A stretch of 64,000 nt of DNA, taken from contig NC_083236.1 in the NCBI RefSeq assembly GCF_032191835.1, forward strand, positions 43,586,001 to 43,650,000. Reading direction: 5' to 3'. The position numbers and the translations under genes were made by a program. This DNA is from Heteronotia binoei. Its lineage: Eukaryota. Below the pieces are notes generated by a model, which was given only the letters and a program-made list of their open reading frames with translations, searched no databases and was not told the DNA's origin. Numbering within the stretch: the stretch's first letter is position 1; each line of letters starts with the position of its first letter. Positions 48,105 through 60,953 of this stretch are shown piece after piece.

Positions 48105-48232
48105 TCAGTCTTCACATTTGTGGGATCCAAGATCACTGCAGATGGTGACTGTAGCCATGAAATTAAAAGATGTTTGCTCTTTTGGAGGACAGCTATGGTG
48201 AACCTAGGCAGTATAATAAAAAGTAGATGTCT
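48105..48232 (+). mobile_element. BovB/RTE LINE fragment
   Basis: GSKITADGDCSHEIKRCLL is canonical BovB ORF. Confidence 0.88.
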
Positions 48233-49516
48233 TTTTGGTGTCTCAGGAGCAACAACCTGGCTGCTATGCCATACTGGCTTTCTTCTGTTGGGTGAAATAG
48301 TTTAGGCACGTGTGACTAGAAAGAACACAAATTCTTCCTGTTTATCCACTTTCCCCTTCCCATGTTTTTTTTTCCCCCTTACGTCAAATTTTAACATGCA
48401 AAATCCTCAGCTTTGTACAGTTCTGTCAAAGCATAAGCAAGAGGAGATAATAAGAATTTCTGTCTATGAAACCTCCTGAGGTTAAGCCGGAGGGGTAAAG
48501 AACCCCAAACACACACAAATACACATACGCACAAATCACTATTTGTCTGAACTCTGCAACATCCACATAAAACATTGACACCGAGGGAGCTTTTCATAGG
48601 AACTAGCAATGCTTTCCTTCAGCACAGTTTGCACAGCGGTCTAACAATACTGCAAGAACGACAATTATCCAACCTTCGTTAGGCTGCATTTTTACCCAGC
48701 GATCTTCAAAAAAACCTTTTAAAAAAATATATATAAAACAAGTGCAAATTGAGGTGTAAGCATCACCAACTGGGAGATAGCTCGAAATGAAAAACACATG
48801 TCTGTGGAAAGGACAGCCTGTTGCGCCTCATTATACAGAGGTTTGTATAATAGTCCAAAATGTGAAAATAACCTCATGAATTGCAATCTGCCCTTTCGGG
48901 ATTCAGCCATTCAGATGCAGTCAAAGCTCAGCTCATATTTTTTGAGCTGCCCCTTTGTTCGATTGGGTGGCCTGAGGCAAGCTCGAGGCAAGGAAAGTTT
49001 CCCAGTTTAGGGAGAGAAATTGAGGGTGTTTGTTAATAATAAGGTTGATGCCAGTCTAGGAAGAAAATACAGTGTCATGCCTGAGAGAGAATTTGCACTC
49101 CAAGTGTGCGCAGAATGGCCCCTTTGAACCCCTTTTCACCATTCGACTGGGATTACTCGATTATTGATGTGCATTCATTGCTTTATATTATCACCTTCAC
49201 AGGCCAGAGGTAACTTTGCCACTATGTACACATTTCATGTGCTGAATCCATTGGGCCATCCTTCAGTTCCTTGCGTGAATGTGTGAATGATAAAAAAAAA
49301 ATGTTTTCAAAGCGAAGAAGGCTATTACTGCTTTTATTTATTTAAAACATATCTAATCCCCTCTTCCTCCCAGATAACTGGAGTGAAGGCAGCAAAGCAA
49401 TCGGTACAAGCTAATATAATTCTAAAGCAACAGACTTTAAACCATCAACAGGAGCGGGAAAGCACTCCAAAGCTGATTTCCTTTAAGAGGTTGTATCATA
49501 ACATGGGAGTGGTCAC

Positions 49517-49997
49517 TAGGGTTGCCAATCTCCAGGTGGGGGCAGGTGATCCTCCATTTTGGAGACCCTCCCCCCACTTCAGGGTCATCATAAAGCGGAG
49601 GGGGGGAGGGAAATGTCTGCTGGGAACTCCATTATTCCCTGTGAAGACTATTCCCATAGGGAATAATGGAGAATTGATCTGCGGGTATCTGGGGCTCTTG
49701 GGGGGGGCTGTTTTTTGAGATAGAGGCACCAAATTTGCAGCATAGCATCCAGTGCCTCTCCTCAAAATACCCTCCAAGTTTCAAAAGGATTGGACCCATG
49801 GGTCCAATTGTATGAGCCCCAAAAGAAGGTGCCCCTATTCTTCATTATTTCTAATGGAGGGAAGGCATTTGATGTGCAGTCCCATTAAATTTTATGGCCA
49901 GAACTCCCTTTGGAGTTCACTTAGCTTGTCACAACCTTTCTCCTGGCTCCACCCCCAAAGTCCCCAGATATTTCTTGAATTGGACTTGGCAACCCTA
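49517..49997 (+). mobile_element. hAT (Blackjack-like) non-autonomous element, full length
   Basis: TIRs intact; TSD GTGGTCAC/GTAGCCAC. Confidence 0.9.
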
Positions 49998-50104
49998 GTA
50001 GCCACAGAAAAAGCCGACAAGAAGAAAGCAGCCATAAAGACCCTGGTGGAGTTTAGAATGACCAAAAGGTATTGCTGTGCTGAGTGAAGCTGCCGAACAG
50101 GCTC

Positions 50105-50715
50105 ATGTTGCTGTTGTCGTTCAGTTGCACAATCAATTCCGACTCTTTGTGACCCCATGGACAAAGTCACGCCAGGCCCTCCTGTCTTCTACCATCCTCC
50201 AAAGTCTGCTCAAATTTGTGTTTGTTACATAAGTAACGCTGTCCAGCCATCTCATCTTTTGCTATCCCCTTCTTCTTCTGCCTTCTGTCTTTCCCAGCAT
50301 CAGGATCTTCTCCATTAAGTGCTCCCTTCTCATTTGGTGGACAAAGTATTTGAGCTTCAGCTTCAGCATCTGACCTTCCAGTGAATAGGCTGGGTTGATT
50401 TCCCTTAGGACTGACTGATTTGATCTTCTTGCAGTCCAAGGGACTCTCAAGATTCTTCTCCAGCACCACATCTCAAAAGCATCTATTCTTCTGCTCTCGG
50501 CCTTCCTTACCAACTCTCATAGCCATACATTACTACTGGGAATACCATCGCTTTGACTATACGGACTTTTGTTGGCAAGGTGATGTCTCTACTTTTTATT
50601 ATACTGCCTAGGTTCGCCATAGATGGTCCTCCCAAGGAGCAAACATCTTTTAATTTCAAGCTACAGTCACCATCTGCAGTGATCTTGGATCCCAGAAATG
50701 TGAAGGCTCATACCA
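50105..50715 (-). mobile_element. BovB/RTE LINE 3' portion
   Basis: RKAESRRIDAFEMWCWRRILRVPWTARRSNQSVLREINPAYSLEGQMLKLKLKYF...LMLGKTEGRRRRG and the (CAA)n-type tail. Confidence 0.95.
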
Positions 50716-50759
50716 GCTACCAAAGAGGCTTACAAAGAGCTTTAAAGATCAACACAACT

Positions 50760-50990
50760 GGACTCAGAAACCAACAGACAACCGATATAAAAACTGGTGT
50801 AATGTGATCTCTGTAGCCTGCCTGATACCAGACTGGCTGTCACATTATGAACCAATGTCACTTTCTGAATTGTCTTCAAGTGCAGCTTCATGTAAAATAC
50901 ATTGCAGTAGTCAAGCCTTGAGTTTATTGCTTCATGGATCAGTATGGCCATTGAGTTTGGTAATATTTTGATGCAGCTGAAATATCTGTC
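50760..50990 (-). mobile_element. Old L2 ORF2 fragment
   Basis: ILIHEAINSRLDYCNVFYMKLHLKTIQKVTLVHN resembles the L2 motif HALVTSRLDYCN..Y.GLP.K...KLQLVQN. Confidence 0.75.
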
Positions 50991-53900
50991 ACATTTTTAA
51001 AAAAGTTAAATTGCTGAGATTTTTGATCCAGGGCAGATGTCCACCCAGTCCAGCATTATTTCCTAAGAACATGCATCTGAAATAGGTATGGTTGCCAGGT
51101 TCCCTCCCCACCCCACCCCCGGCCACTGGCAGGGGGATGAGGGGAAGGGTTGACAGACCCAGAATGGGAAACTCCTGGAGATTTGGGGATGGAGCCTGGG
51201 GAGGATAGAAACCTCAGTGGGTAACAGTGCCATAGAGTCAACCCTCCAAAGCAGCCATTTTCTTCAGGGGAACTTACCTCTGTACTCTGGAGATGAGCTG
51301 TAATTTTTTGGGGGAGGGAGAGGGGTCCCCAGGTCCCACCTGGAGACAGACAACCAAAGGAACAGGGCTATTTTAAGCCATTGAGCTACCCCAGGGGCTT
51401 TCTCCCACGCAACTCCCATCAGGATCTAAAGTAGAGTACAGAGAAAGCACCTGTACGACTTGTCTTCATCCACAGATGTTGGTAGCGCTGATGAAGCAGG
51501 TAACAACAAGCACAAGCCACCCCTGGCTGCTCCTCCCACTTCACTGCCCACCACTGTTTTGTGCCTGAAGGAGACACTTGGACTGCTTGGGTGGTCAGCT
51601 GGCCAGATTTGAAAGCCCTCTAAAATGGACGAAGGACTGTTACTGAACTCCAGAGACTGGAATTCAGTGGACTGTCTCTGAACATGGAATGCCCATGAAC
51701 CAAGTTGTGAATGTAATTAATGTTGTAAAAGAGACAATTTTGAAACAAGTGTACTTCCTGGTCAATGTAGGGTTTTTACATATGCTTTACAGATATACAG
51801 CATGCAAAAATAATTTAAATGTTCCTTATAAAAATGAAATTGTTTGTGTTTATCTAAATCTGTTTCGTTTCTGTTTGTATTAGCTTTTTAAAAAGAATTG
51901 CACTTGTACTACTTGCCCAACATATTCCAATGTTTAGTTGGTTGGTTGGTTTTTAAAATAAGCAGCAATACAGAGAAACACTTATCATGCTAGGGTGGGT
52001 TGCAAGTAGCTACTCTGCCAAGAATATATGTATCTTATTTCATTTATACCCCTCCATTTTCTGCAATGAAGGGGGGGGGGCAAAGCAGCTTTCATTGTAT
52101 TCCTCCATTTTATCCACACAACAACCCTATGAGGTAGGTTAGGCTGAGAGTGTGTGAATCCCCTAGCAATCTTCCATGGCAGAGTGGGAATTCAAATCTG
52201 GGTCCCTCAGATCCTAGTCCAGCACTCTCACTACTACTCATGGGGAGGAACTCATTTGCATGTTAGGCCACCACCACCCCGACATCACCATTGTTTTACA
52301 CAGGGCTTTTTTTGTGGGAGGAGCCCAGCAAGAACCTATTTACATAGTAGGCCACACCCCTGACACCAAGCCAGCCAGAACTATGTTCCTGTGCATTCTT
52401 GATTAAAAAAAAAAAAAAAAGCCCTGGTCATGGCTAGCTTGGCTGCAAATTATATTGCAGTTTGTTTGCTCTAAAAAGTTTTCCAAAGCATCCATGTTAG
52501 GCATCAAAATCTGTTGGCAACAGGCAAGAACAAAAGGCTCTTGTGTTCTAAGCAAGAATCTTGAAAGACCCCAACGTTTGGCAATTCATTCCTTGGCAAC
52601 AAACTGAAGTGACATTCAGCACAATCCCTGGTAGTTTACACAACATATAATTAATTGAGACTGGAGTTTAATAGTACTTTTCCTCAGTGAAGAGCATGAG
52701 CCAGAAGCCTGGAAGGACACCTGTTCTCAACTAGAGTTGAATGTAGATGTTCATATCAATAAATCTAATTCCCAGCATGGCATAATCTGAATTCTTAAAT
52801 CCAGAGACTGGGGCCATGGACAGACAAGACAAATCTTTCTACAAACCTGAAAAAAGCTGCAGGTTTGCAAAACACTCTGAAATCTTTTAAAAAGTGGATT
52901 AAAAAGCCCCCTAAAAGCCCCTCCGTCTCTCTTCCTGGGGCAGCAGTATAGTACAGTAAATGTATGAGCCATGATGGAAATTGTATTGTTGGAATTGTTT
53001 TAAATGAAATGTTTAATCTGATATATATATTATTTATTATATGTTAGAACCTGCTCTGAGCCCCACATTAGTGGGGGAGAGCAGGATTCAAATCAAAATA
53101 AATAACAACAATATAGAAGCAGTGCCTATACCTTTAAGAAGTCAATTCCCTTTCAGGGGCAATCACTACTTTGCCATGGAAACTAGCCAGGTGACTTGCG
53201 GCCAGTCACTCTCAAGGTAATTGACCTCAGAGGGCTGTTGTGAGGGTGCAATGGAGGAGAGAAAAATGCTGTGAGTTGCTTTGGGTCCCTGTTGTGGAGA
53301 AATGTGGAGTATAAACAAGGTATGATAACAATAAATATAGCTGAAAGGGGCAGATAAAAAGTTGGTGGGTAGGTGGGAAGAAGAAAAGGAAGCATGAAAG
53401 GTGAGAACATGGGGGTTGCCAGGAGGAGGAAAAGAAGAGATTATGTGAGGGGACAAAGATACATGGGAAAGGGAGGTGCTCCCTACAAGTACTTGGAGGT
53501 TCTTCACTGTGAAACTGAATCCAGTTTGGCCACCAGAACCATACAGTTGTGCTTCACCAGCCCAGTGGTTGGAACCACAAAGAGAAGAGACTGCCAGGGG
53601 AGGGGAAGGAAAGATAATGAGAAGAGGGGCAAATAAAAGTCTGTTGGTTGGTAGGTGGAAGAGAAGGAAGCAGGAAAAGGGGAGAGACAGTGAGGGATTT
53701 CAGGGAAAGAAAAGAAGAAAAAGTGGAGGGGAAATGAGATGCTCTGTCGCAAGTCCTTATGATCCCCTGCTCTCCCCATATCAGATCATTGGAACTGAAT
53801 GTAGGCTGGAGGGAATATTTTTTTTTTAAATTGCAGTTCCTTTTAGCCACTTAAACAGGAGGGAGGCTCTTGAGACTGGAGGAGGTCTTCCAACTGAACT

Positions 53901-54529
53901 GAGCAGAGTGGCTGAATCAACCCCACTGTATGGCTTTTGTCTTTGAGTTTTGCTGTAACACCATTTCAGCTACTTGAAACCTCTGTCCCCTGATTCTGAA
54001 TAAATATAAATGTATAGTTCAAAAATTAGGTGGGCAGCATGGTCTGAGGTTTATGATTATGCTCCTAGGTAACATAAAGCAGCAGTCTCTCCAGCCTTGT
54101 TGAAACTATGGATACTTGCAATTTTGAGGACATTGTTTCCCTAGAAATTTAATAATTGCTGCATTCAGGGCATAGATGGAAGTTCTGAAGTTGTGAAAGG
54201 ACAGCTATAGCGAACTGTAGATTTGTTATCAGCACAAGTGTCGATAGCGTCAATACATTTCAATTGGATTTGATGACTGTCGGATTATACATTCATACAA
54301 TTTGTGGTGAAGAGTGCTGGTAAACATGCCCACCGTAAATGGTTCATTTTGAAAAGAAGTGTCAAGACTATATGATTTTGTTCTATATGGACTATTTATC
54401 GTATTATGAAATATGATTACAATGTATTAATTTGTATGTGGTTTCCACGATGGTTGTAGTTTTTTTTCTGATTGACGTGCCCCCTCCCTTTTCCCTTCTT
54501 GGTTACATAAAGCAGCAGTCTCCAGCCTT

Positions 54530-54813
54530 GACCGATTTCCCACTCACCTTGTTTCAGTCTCATTGCTCCTTTTCCCTGAGGGCTGCTGCTGGATTTCGCA
54601 CAAACTGCCCTGAGCCAACGAGTTGCCCCACCCCTTTTCAAGTTCCCTCCATGGCAGACAGAAACTGGTTTTCAGAGGATCCTGCCTGCTACACAGGGAA
54701 CTTGAAGAGAGGCGGAGCAACTCGCTGGTCCGGGGCAGTTTGTGCAAAATCCAGCAGCAGCCCCGTGGAGAAGAGGAGAGTGAGAGTGGTGTAAGGTTAG
54801 CGGGAAATCGGTC
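54530..54813. mobile_element. Long fold-back MITE (Harbinger-like)
   Basis: GACCGATTTCCC...GGGAAATCGGTC termini, 3-bp TSD CTT, ~115-bp complementary arms. Confidence 0.85.
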
Positions 54814-55242
54814 CTTGTCAAACCTGTGTGCACTTTTGAAATTTTGAGAAAAAACAATCGGAAGCCCAATAAAATGGCTACTATGGGGGGGCCAATCACA
54901 ATCCATTAAGAGGTTTCAAACCAAGCATCCTCCAGTGATGGAGACACCGATTTCCAAACAGCTTGCTGACCCAAAGATAACAGCTCCTCTGGGCTCTTCT
55001 GAAACAGCTTCTGCTCCAATGAGGTGGAGGATAAATGCTTTAGTGGGGTGGAGGCTCTGTGCTTTGGGAAAGAGATGCTTTGGGCAAAAAACAAGCGGGC
55101 AGCAGGAAATACATTAATGTGCTTCATGTTGGGGATCATTGCATAAGCTCTATTTTAGTTGTCATTGCCAACCAATATTTAACTAGTTTCAACATTTAAC
55201 AAATATGCACTCCTGCTCAGGGAAATACATTAGCCATCCAAT

Positions 55243-55543
55243 AAAAGGAAAGGTCCCCTGTGTAAGCACCAGTCATTTCCGACTCTGAGGTGATGTTGCT
55301 TTCACGACGTTTTCAAGGCAGACTTTTTCACGGGGTGGTTTGCCATTGCCTTCCCCAGTCATTTACACTTTCCCCTCAGCAAGCTGGGTACTCATTTTAC
55401 CAACCTCGGAAGGATGGAAGGTTTAGTCAACCTTGATCGGGCTACCTGAAAACCCAGCTTCCACCAGGGATCGAACTCAGGTCATGAGCAGAGCTTAGGA
55501 CGGCAGTACTGCCGCTTTAACACTCTGCGCCATGGGGCTCTTC
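55243..55543 (-). mobile_element. Sauria SINE, full length
   Basis: Family match to 38549-38836. Confidence 0.9.
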
Positions 55544-56620
55544 TATCCAGTGAAAAGCTTGATCTAAATCAAAACATTTATACTGTCCTTCTGAAGATTT
55601 AAAAATAAATCACTGGTTTAAATTGTATTCATTTCAGTCAAGCTACCCAACAATGGAAAAACTTAAAGAGTGGTTCACAGATATCAGAAGTTTGCTGGCA
55701 GGTGGGATCCTCTTTTTATTTTTGTTTCCATACTCCTTTATATAAAAATGTAGCAAGAAACATTAATCTTGTTAAACTGTCATTCCTTCCTGAACACTGA
55801 AAGTTATGACATAAGTTGATCTTCTCCCATTGTGATTCTACTTGCACATCTGTGCTGTGGGCTTATTGACTAGATGATTGTCTTTTGAAAACGTTGAGAA
55901 CTTTTTGTGTGCCACCTGTCCCACCAAAATTGACATTGCAACTAACAGCTCTTGCCTACAGTTGTGTCCTGAAAAGCAAACCTGGTCACTGCAAGTACCA
56001 AAAACATTAACACAAAAAAGCATTTATTCAACCGAACACATTCCATTTCCAGTGCCAACACAATAATGTTTGCTCAGTATGAACAGCTTGACACTGTAAT
56101 AGCAAGGACTGCCTTAATCAAGAGCAATGGATTTCATTTATATATCTCATAAGGATGGCAACGTTACCATGAAGTTCAAAAAAATCCACAAGGTGGATGA
56201 CCCAAGGCAACATTATTATTTTTTTAAGTGTATGGAAACACTAAAGAGATAGGGACCAGCAGAGGAGAATGGGAGAAATGATGGATTGGTCAGGTAGAGA
56301 ACTAGACAGGAAACAAAACAGGCAATCAGATGGAGAGATGAGAAAGGTGATCTCACAGTTTCAGGTGAGGAGAGGAAACAGGATATGTGACCGGATGGGT
56401 TGGGAAGGGGGAATGTCTTCCTTCCCAAGACACCTGCTTGAGTCTTCTACAGCTAGCTTGACAGACCTTTCTGGATAGGATGAACATGGTCACTTAGGTA
56501 TTAACATGTTTCCAAAGCCAATCTTTGAATACTCCTTACCATTGATGGAATGGGGTGGGGGAATGATAATGGATTTTCACATGCAATTAATTCCAATGTG
56601 TCTTATGCAAATAATTTTAA

Positions 56621-56624
<4 letters not shown>

Positions 56625-56653
<29 letters not shown>

Positions 56654-56660
56654 GATATAT
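56625..56660. repeat. (AT)n microsatellite
   Basis: Direct reading. Confidence 0.95.
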
Positions 56661-57320
56661 GTTTTTTTTTTTTTTAAAAATGGCCTTCTTGATTTTATGA
56701 AAACAATTTGGGGGGGGGGGGGCAGGATTCTTTATTGTTTCAGACCATTCAGGCAGAGACCAAATAAGGGAATGAGGAAAGGTATATTTTTTTCTGGGGT
56801 CCGGGTACAAGACTCATTGTAATCATGTCTTTACTCTGTCTTAATTGCATCAGAAAATAAGCCACAGCATCAACGATGATTCCATTGAGGAGGAGGAAGA
56901 GGAAGAGGAGGAGACATTTCTACATTTTCATAGGGCAAAAATAATGACCAGTTAACATATCAAAATAAAATGACCTTACAATCCACTTATGTGTTTTATT
57001 AATGTCATTTTGATTTTTTTTAAAAAAATAGTTTCTACATACTGAATATCATTGCAATGTCTTATTTATAAATATCTCATAAAATAGGTATAATCATAAA
57101 ACCTAATAGCTAAACCAAAAATCTGATGCCAACTATTTTTTTAAAAAAAAAATTTCCAACATTTGAAAATGTGTGGGTTTTTTGCTTCTGTCTCTTCATT
57201 GTAACCATGTTAGTCAAGACAATGTTTCAAATTTCTGAACGTTTTAAATCCATGTTTTCCTAGTTACTTGCTGTTGTAAGCAGATAAAAAACCATCTCTC
57301 TTTTTGCAGTGAGTGCCTAC

Positions 57321-57707
57321 TAGGGTTGCCAGCCCTCTTTGAGTAGACCCCACCCCCTACCATCAGACCCCAGCTCCCGATCCACTGGCCACTGGGGAGA
57401 CTTGCCAGGAGACAAAGGCCCAAAAAAATGGCAACATCACTTCCAGCATACACAGGAAGTGATGTCATCTCACCAATGATGTCCAGGGTGATGCTCTAGT
57501 GTGAGCAAAAAACTCTATGGTAGAAGCCATTTTTACCATAGAGTTTTTTTCCAAATATCAGAGCATCACCACAGTGTTGCAGTATGATAGCATAACTTTC
57601 TGTTCATACCAGAGGTGATGTCACCATGTTGCCTGGGCTTTCCTCTCTCTCCTGGTAAGTCCCCCCTCCAGCCTCTGCTGGTTGCCAATAGAGACCTGGT
57701 GACCCTA
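57321..57707. mobile_element. hAT Blackjack-like MITE, mid-size variant
   Basis: TAGGGTTGCCA...TGGTGACCCTA termini; internal palindromes AACTCTATGGT...ACCATAGAGTT. Confidence 0.8.
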
Positions 57708-58030
57708 GGACCTAAAGCGCCATCTATAGGATGGTTGCTTAGAATCCTCATTAGGGCTATTTGATTGATGGGACCTGCTCCCCGTAAAGTGCTTTTAGGA
57801 TTGCTCTGATAATCTCTCAGCAAACTGAACAGGAAAAAAAAAAATAAGGATTTTTTTTTGGAGGGGGGGGTTATAATAAGTTATACATTCTTCTTTGGGC
57901 AACAGTGCTTACCTTGTTGTTATTCCCCCTCCAAAAATATTTTGATCATCTTTTAGTGAATAACAGAAGAGAACATGACTTAAAAGAAATTAGCATTGTT
58001 TGTTGATGGGAAAGAAGGGGAATGGATAAT

Positions 58031-58322
58031 TTGGTGTAGTTTGGTGTAGTGGTTAAGTTGTGAGGACTCTTATCTGGGAAAACCAGGTTTGATTCCCCAC
58101 TCCTCCACTTGCAGCTGCTGGAATGACCTTGGATCAGCCATAGCTCATGCAGGAGTTGTCCTTGAAAGGGCAGCTGCTGTAAGAGCTCTCTCAGCCCCAC
58201 TTACCTCACAGGGTGTCTGTTGTGGGGGGGGGGGGAGGTAAAGAAGATTGTGACCATTCTGAGACTCTGAGATTCAGAGTATATGACAGGATATAAACCC
58301 AATATCATCACCATCTTCTTCT
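58031..58322 (+). mobile_element. Squam3 SINE, full length
   Basis: Family match; head has a duplicated TTGGTGTAGT. Confidence 0.88.
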
Positions 58323-59451
58323 AAACTAATATAAAATATGTTTGTGTGGACCAATTTGTGTGAACCAATATATTTTATATTAGTTTGGTAGTCTGGTGGG
58401 GTGTTTTACAAGTTTGTACTGGGCCAGAAAAAAATAACATATGGGCCTTGCCCTCAGAATCCCTTCTCTCACCTGCCTCCCCTCCTTTCCATCCATGCCA
58501 TCTTCCTACTAACCAGATGGTTCCTAGGTACTTAACCTCCCTGCATATGGAATGGAACACTTTCCATACATCATCATTTCTTGCTCTTCTCTGTGTCTCT
58601 TCCCATTTCTATTTCATGCTCATTACGAGGTGTCAGTGACACCCAAACATAGAAAATGTATGCAGCAGCATTCTGACATTTGCTGTCACAATGTCACTCT
58701 AGCCCATTGTTAATACTTCCTGAGACTTTAGTTCTGACTGCTGCGGTCAAGGATCTGTGACAACTCTAAGATTGATTTCCTGAGTGGTGAGAGTTAATTT
58801 AGAGTCCTATAAATCTCTATGTAGAGTTTAGCTTACTTCTTTTAGTACTTTGGACTTCGGTTATCAAAACTGCCTTTCATGCACAGTGGATCCTAGTCTG
58901 AAAAAAAAAATTAGCCACCTAAACAATCTTCTAGTGTGAAAAGAACACTCAGCTTTCCTTGTTTTCATTTTGAGTTCCTCAGCCATGGAAGTATAACATA
59001 TAAGTATCTATTAAAAGGTCTGCTTTCTGAAAATTGAGTTCACTATGTTAATTGGATCACATTTATCAAGTGTTTAATTTCAGAAAAAAGAAAAGTGCCA
59101 AGAAGCCACAGAACTGGACAGGGGCCAAATGTACAAACTTCTTTGCTGGCACTCACCAAGTCCCATCTGTTCCCCACAGCAGCCGGTTAGAGGCACCTGG
59201 AAGATCACAAGCAATGTATGAAGGTGTCATCCATCTGGCATCTGGTATTTATGTATTCATTTAGTAGTTTTCAGGGTAATGTACATCATTTCTCCTTCCT
59301 TCATTTTATCTTCACAATAGCCCCGTATGGTATATTAGACTGAAACAGAGAGTGACTGGCCCAAGGTCACCCAGCAAGTTTTGTGTTAGTGGAGGATTTG
59401 AACCTAGGCTTCTCAGATCCTAGTCCAGTACCCTAACTACTACACTGAAAT

Positions 59452-59639
59452 CAGGGCGCTTTTTTTTTTAAAATCAGGAACTCCTTTACATATTAGGCCA
59501 CATCCGCTTGATATAGCCAATCCTCCAAGAGCTTACAGTGCTCTTATTACATGGCCTACTGTAAGCTCTTGGAGGATTGGCTACATCAGGGAGGTGTGGC
59601 CTAATATGCAAAAGAGTTCCTGCTACAAAAAAAGCCCTG
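59452..59639. mobile_element. Palindromic hAT MITE (octamer family)
   Basis: CAGGG...CCCTG termini; TSD ACTGAAAT/ACTGTAAT. Confidence 0.88.
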
Positions 59640-59679
59640 ACTGTAATGACACCGCTGGTCAGTACACTAATCCATGTGA

Positions 59680-60170
59680 TTTCTTTTTTTTTTAAAGTGA
59701 TTATTCTTCATAACAAGAGTTACAATAAATAAATGGTATATTAACAAGGTTCCCAACAGAGGTAGTATAAGAATTGATAACTTGAAGCTTCTTAGCCAAT
59801 CAGTTACATAACACAGTGCAGTAATGAACACGGGAGAGGTAAATACAAGTACAATAAATAAAGCTATAGTTCCAAGATATCGGTTTGAGCGATTATATAT
59901 CAGGATAGGTTAAATAATAGAAGTCAGGTTACAGTAAGTTGACAATATGAAATCTGGAAAAGAAATATTGACCAGATGGGCCCATGTGATTGTCTGTCTG
60001 CAGAGATTCCATTCAAGAAGCATGCAGCGGTGAGGGTTTTGGCAGTTGGAGAAGTATGAGCTTCCATTGCTAAATGTGGAGAGGATTCCTGCACCCTTGT
60101 CTGAAAGTATCAAGAGTACTTCAGACTTCTTCCTGAGTACTATGCAGGCACATGTGCGCAACACATCTTA
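59680..60170 (-). mobile_element. Possible degenerate L1/Tx1 3' fragment
   Basis: A-rich end on minus strand and ...LAMEAHTS...GPIWSIFL weakly resembling L1 C-terminal motifs. Confidence 0.35.
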
Positions 60171-60187
60171 ACATGGGTCCAGGTGAC

Positions 60188-60400
60188 GGGAGGGACAGTA
60201 GCTCGGTGGTAGAGCATCTGCTTGGGAAGCAGAAGGTCCCAGGTTCAATCCCTGGCATTTCCAAAAAAGGGTCCAGGCAAATAGGTGTGGAAAACCTCAG
60301 CTTGAGACCCTGGAGAGCCATTGCCAGTCTGAGAAGACAATACTGACTTTGATGGACCAAGGGTCTGATTCAGTATAAGGCAGCTTCATATGTTTATATG
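60188..60400 (+). mobile_element. tRNA(Ala)-derived SINE with CR1-like tail
   Basis: GTAGCTCGGTGGTAGAGC...GGTTCAATCCCTGGCATTTCCA head; tail TCAGTATAAGGCAGCTTCATATGTT. Confidence 0.88.
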
Positions 60401-60737
60401 ATACCACTTACCTTAGTTTGGTGCTGTTCTACATTCTGTAAGGATCCCCAATATAGCTATCACTGTCTCTTGATATTGTCCATTAAAGATTCCAGATTTC
60501 TCTCAGTTCTACTTTTTCTGTGGCAAAAGATGGAAACCTTTTAGCAAACTACCTCATAAGTTGCCACTGCTGTCTTGAGGTTCCATAACTCTTTCCCTTT
60601 CTGGGGCATCTTCTTCCAAAGGGAGGAATCTTCTGATAGAAGCAACCCATCCATGATTTTTCTTAAAAAAAATCCATTCAAGGAAGACTCCTCAGGAAGG
60701 AAGGAAGGAGTTTCTGGAGAACAAGGCCTGTCAGGAG

Positions 60738-60953
60738 CAATGTTCCCTCTAAGCTGTGGAGTCTTGTGAGCAAAAATTCTACTTTGTGCACTACTGGCAT
60801 TAAAATTGTGAGCTACTGGCATTTAAGTTGTGAGCTAGTGAATAAATTAGTTTGCTCTAAGGCTATTTTTCCTGCACGGAGACAAAAACGTGTGAGTTGG
60901 AGGCTAAAAATTTTTGAGCTAGCTCACAAAAACTCAGCTTAGAAGGAACACTG
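60738..60953 (+). mobile_element. hAT MITE
   Basis: TIR CAATGTTCCCTCTAAGCTG/CAGCTTAGAAGGAACACTG; perfect TSD GTCAGGAG. Confidence 0.9.

Noticed and set aside
52564-52578. KDPNV, matching CFAP300 exon 3 core
   Set aside because: Flanking residues (WQFIPWQQ) and splice context do not fit; a chance pentapeptide.
56860-56960. Acidic peptide SINDDSIEEEEEEEEETFLHF
   Set aside because: Explained by a GAG/GAA simple repeat; the frame closes shortly after.
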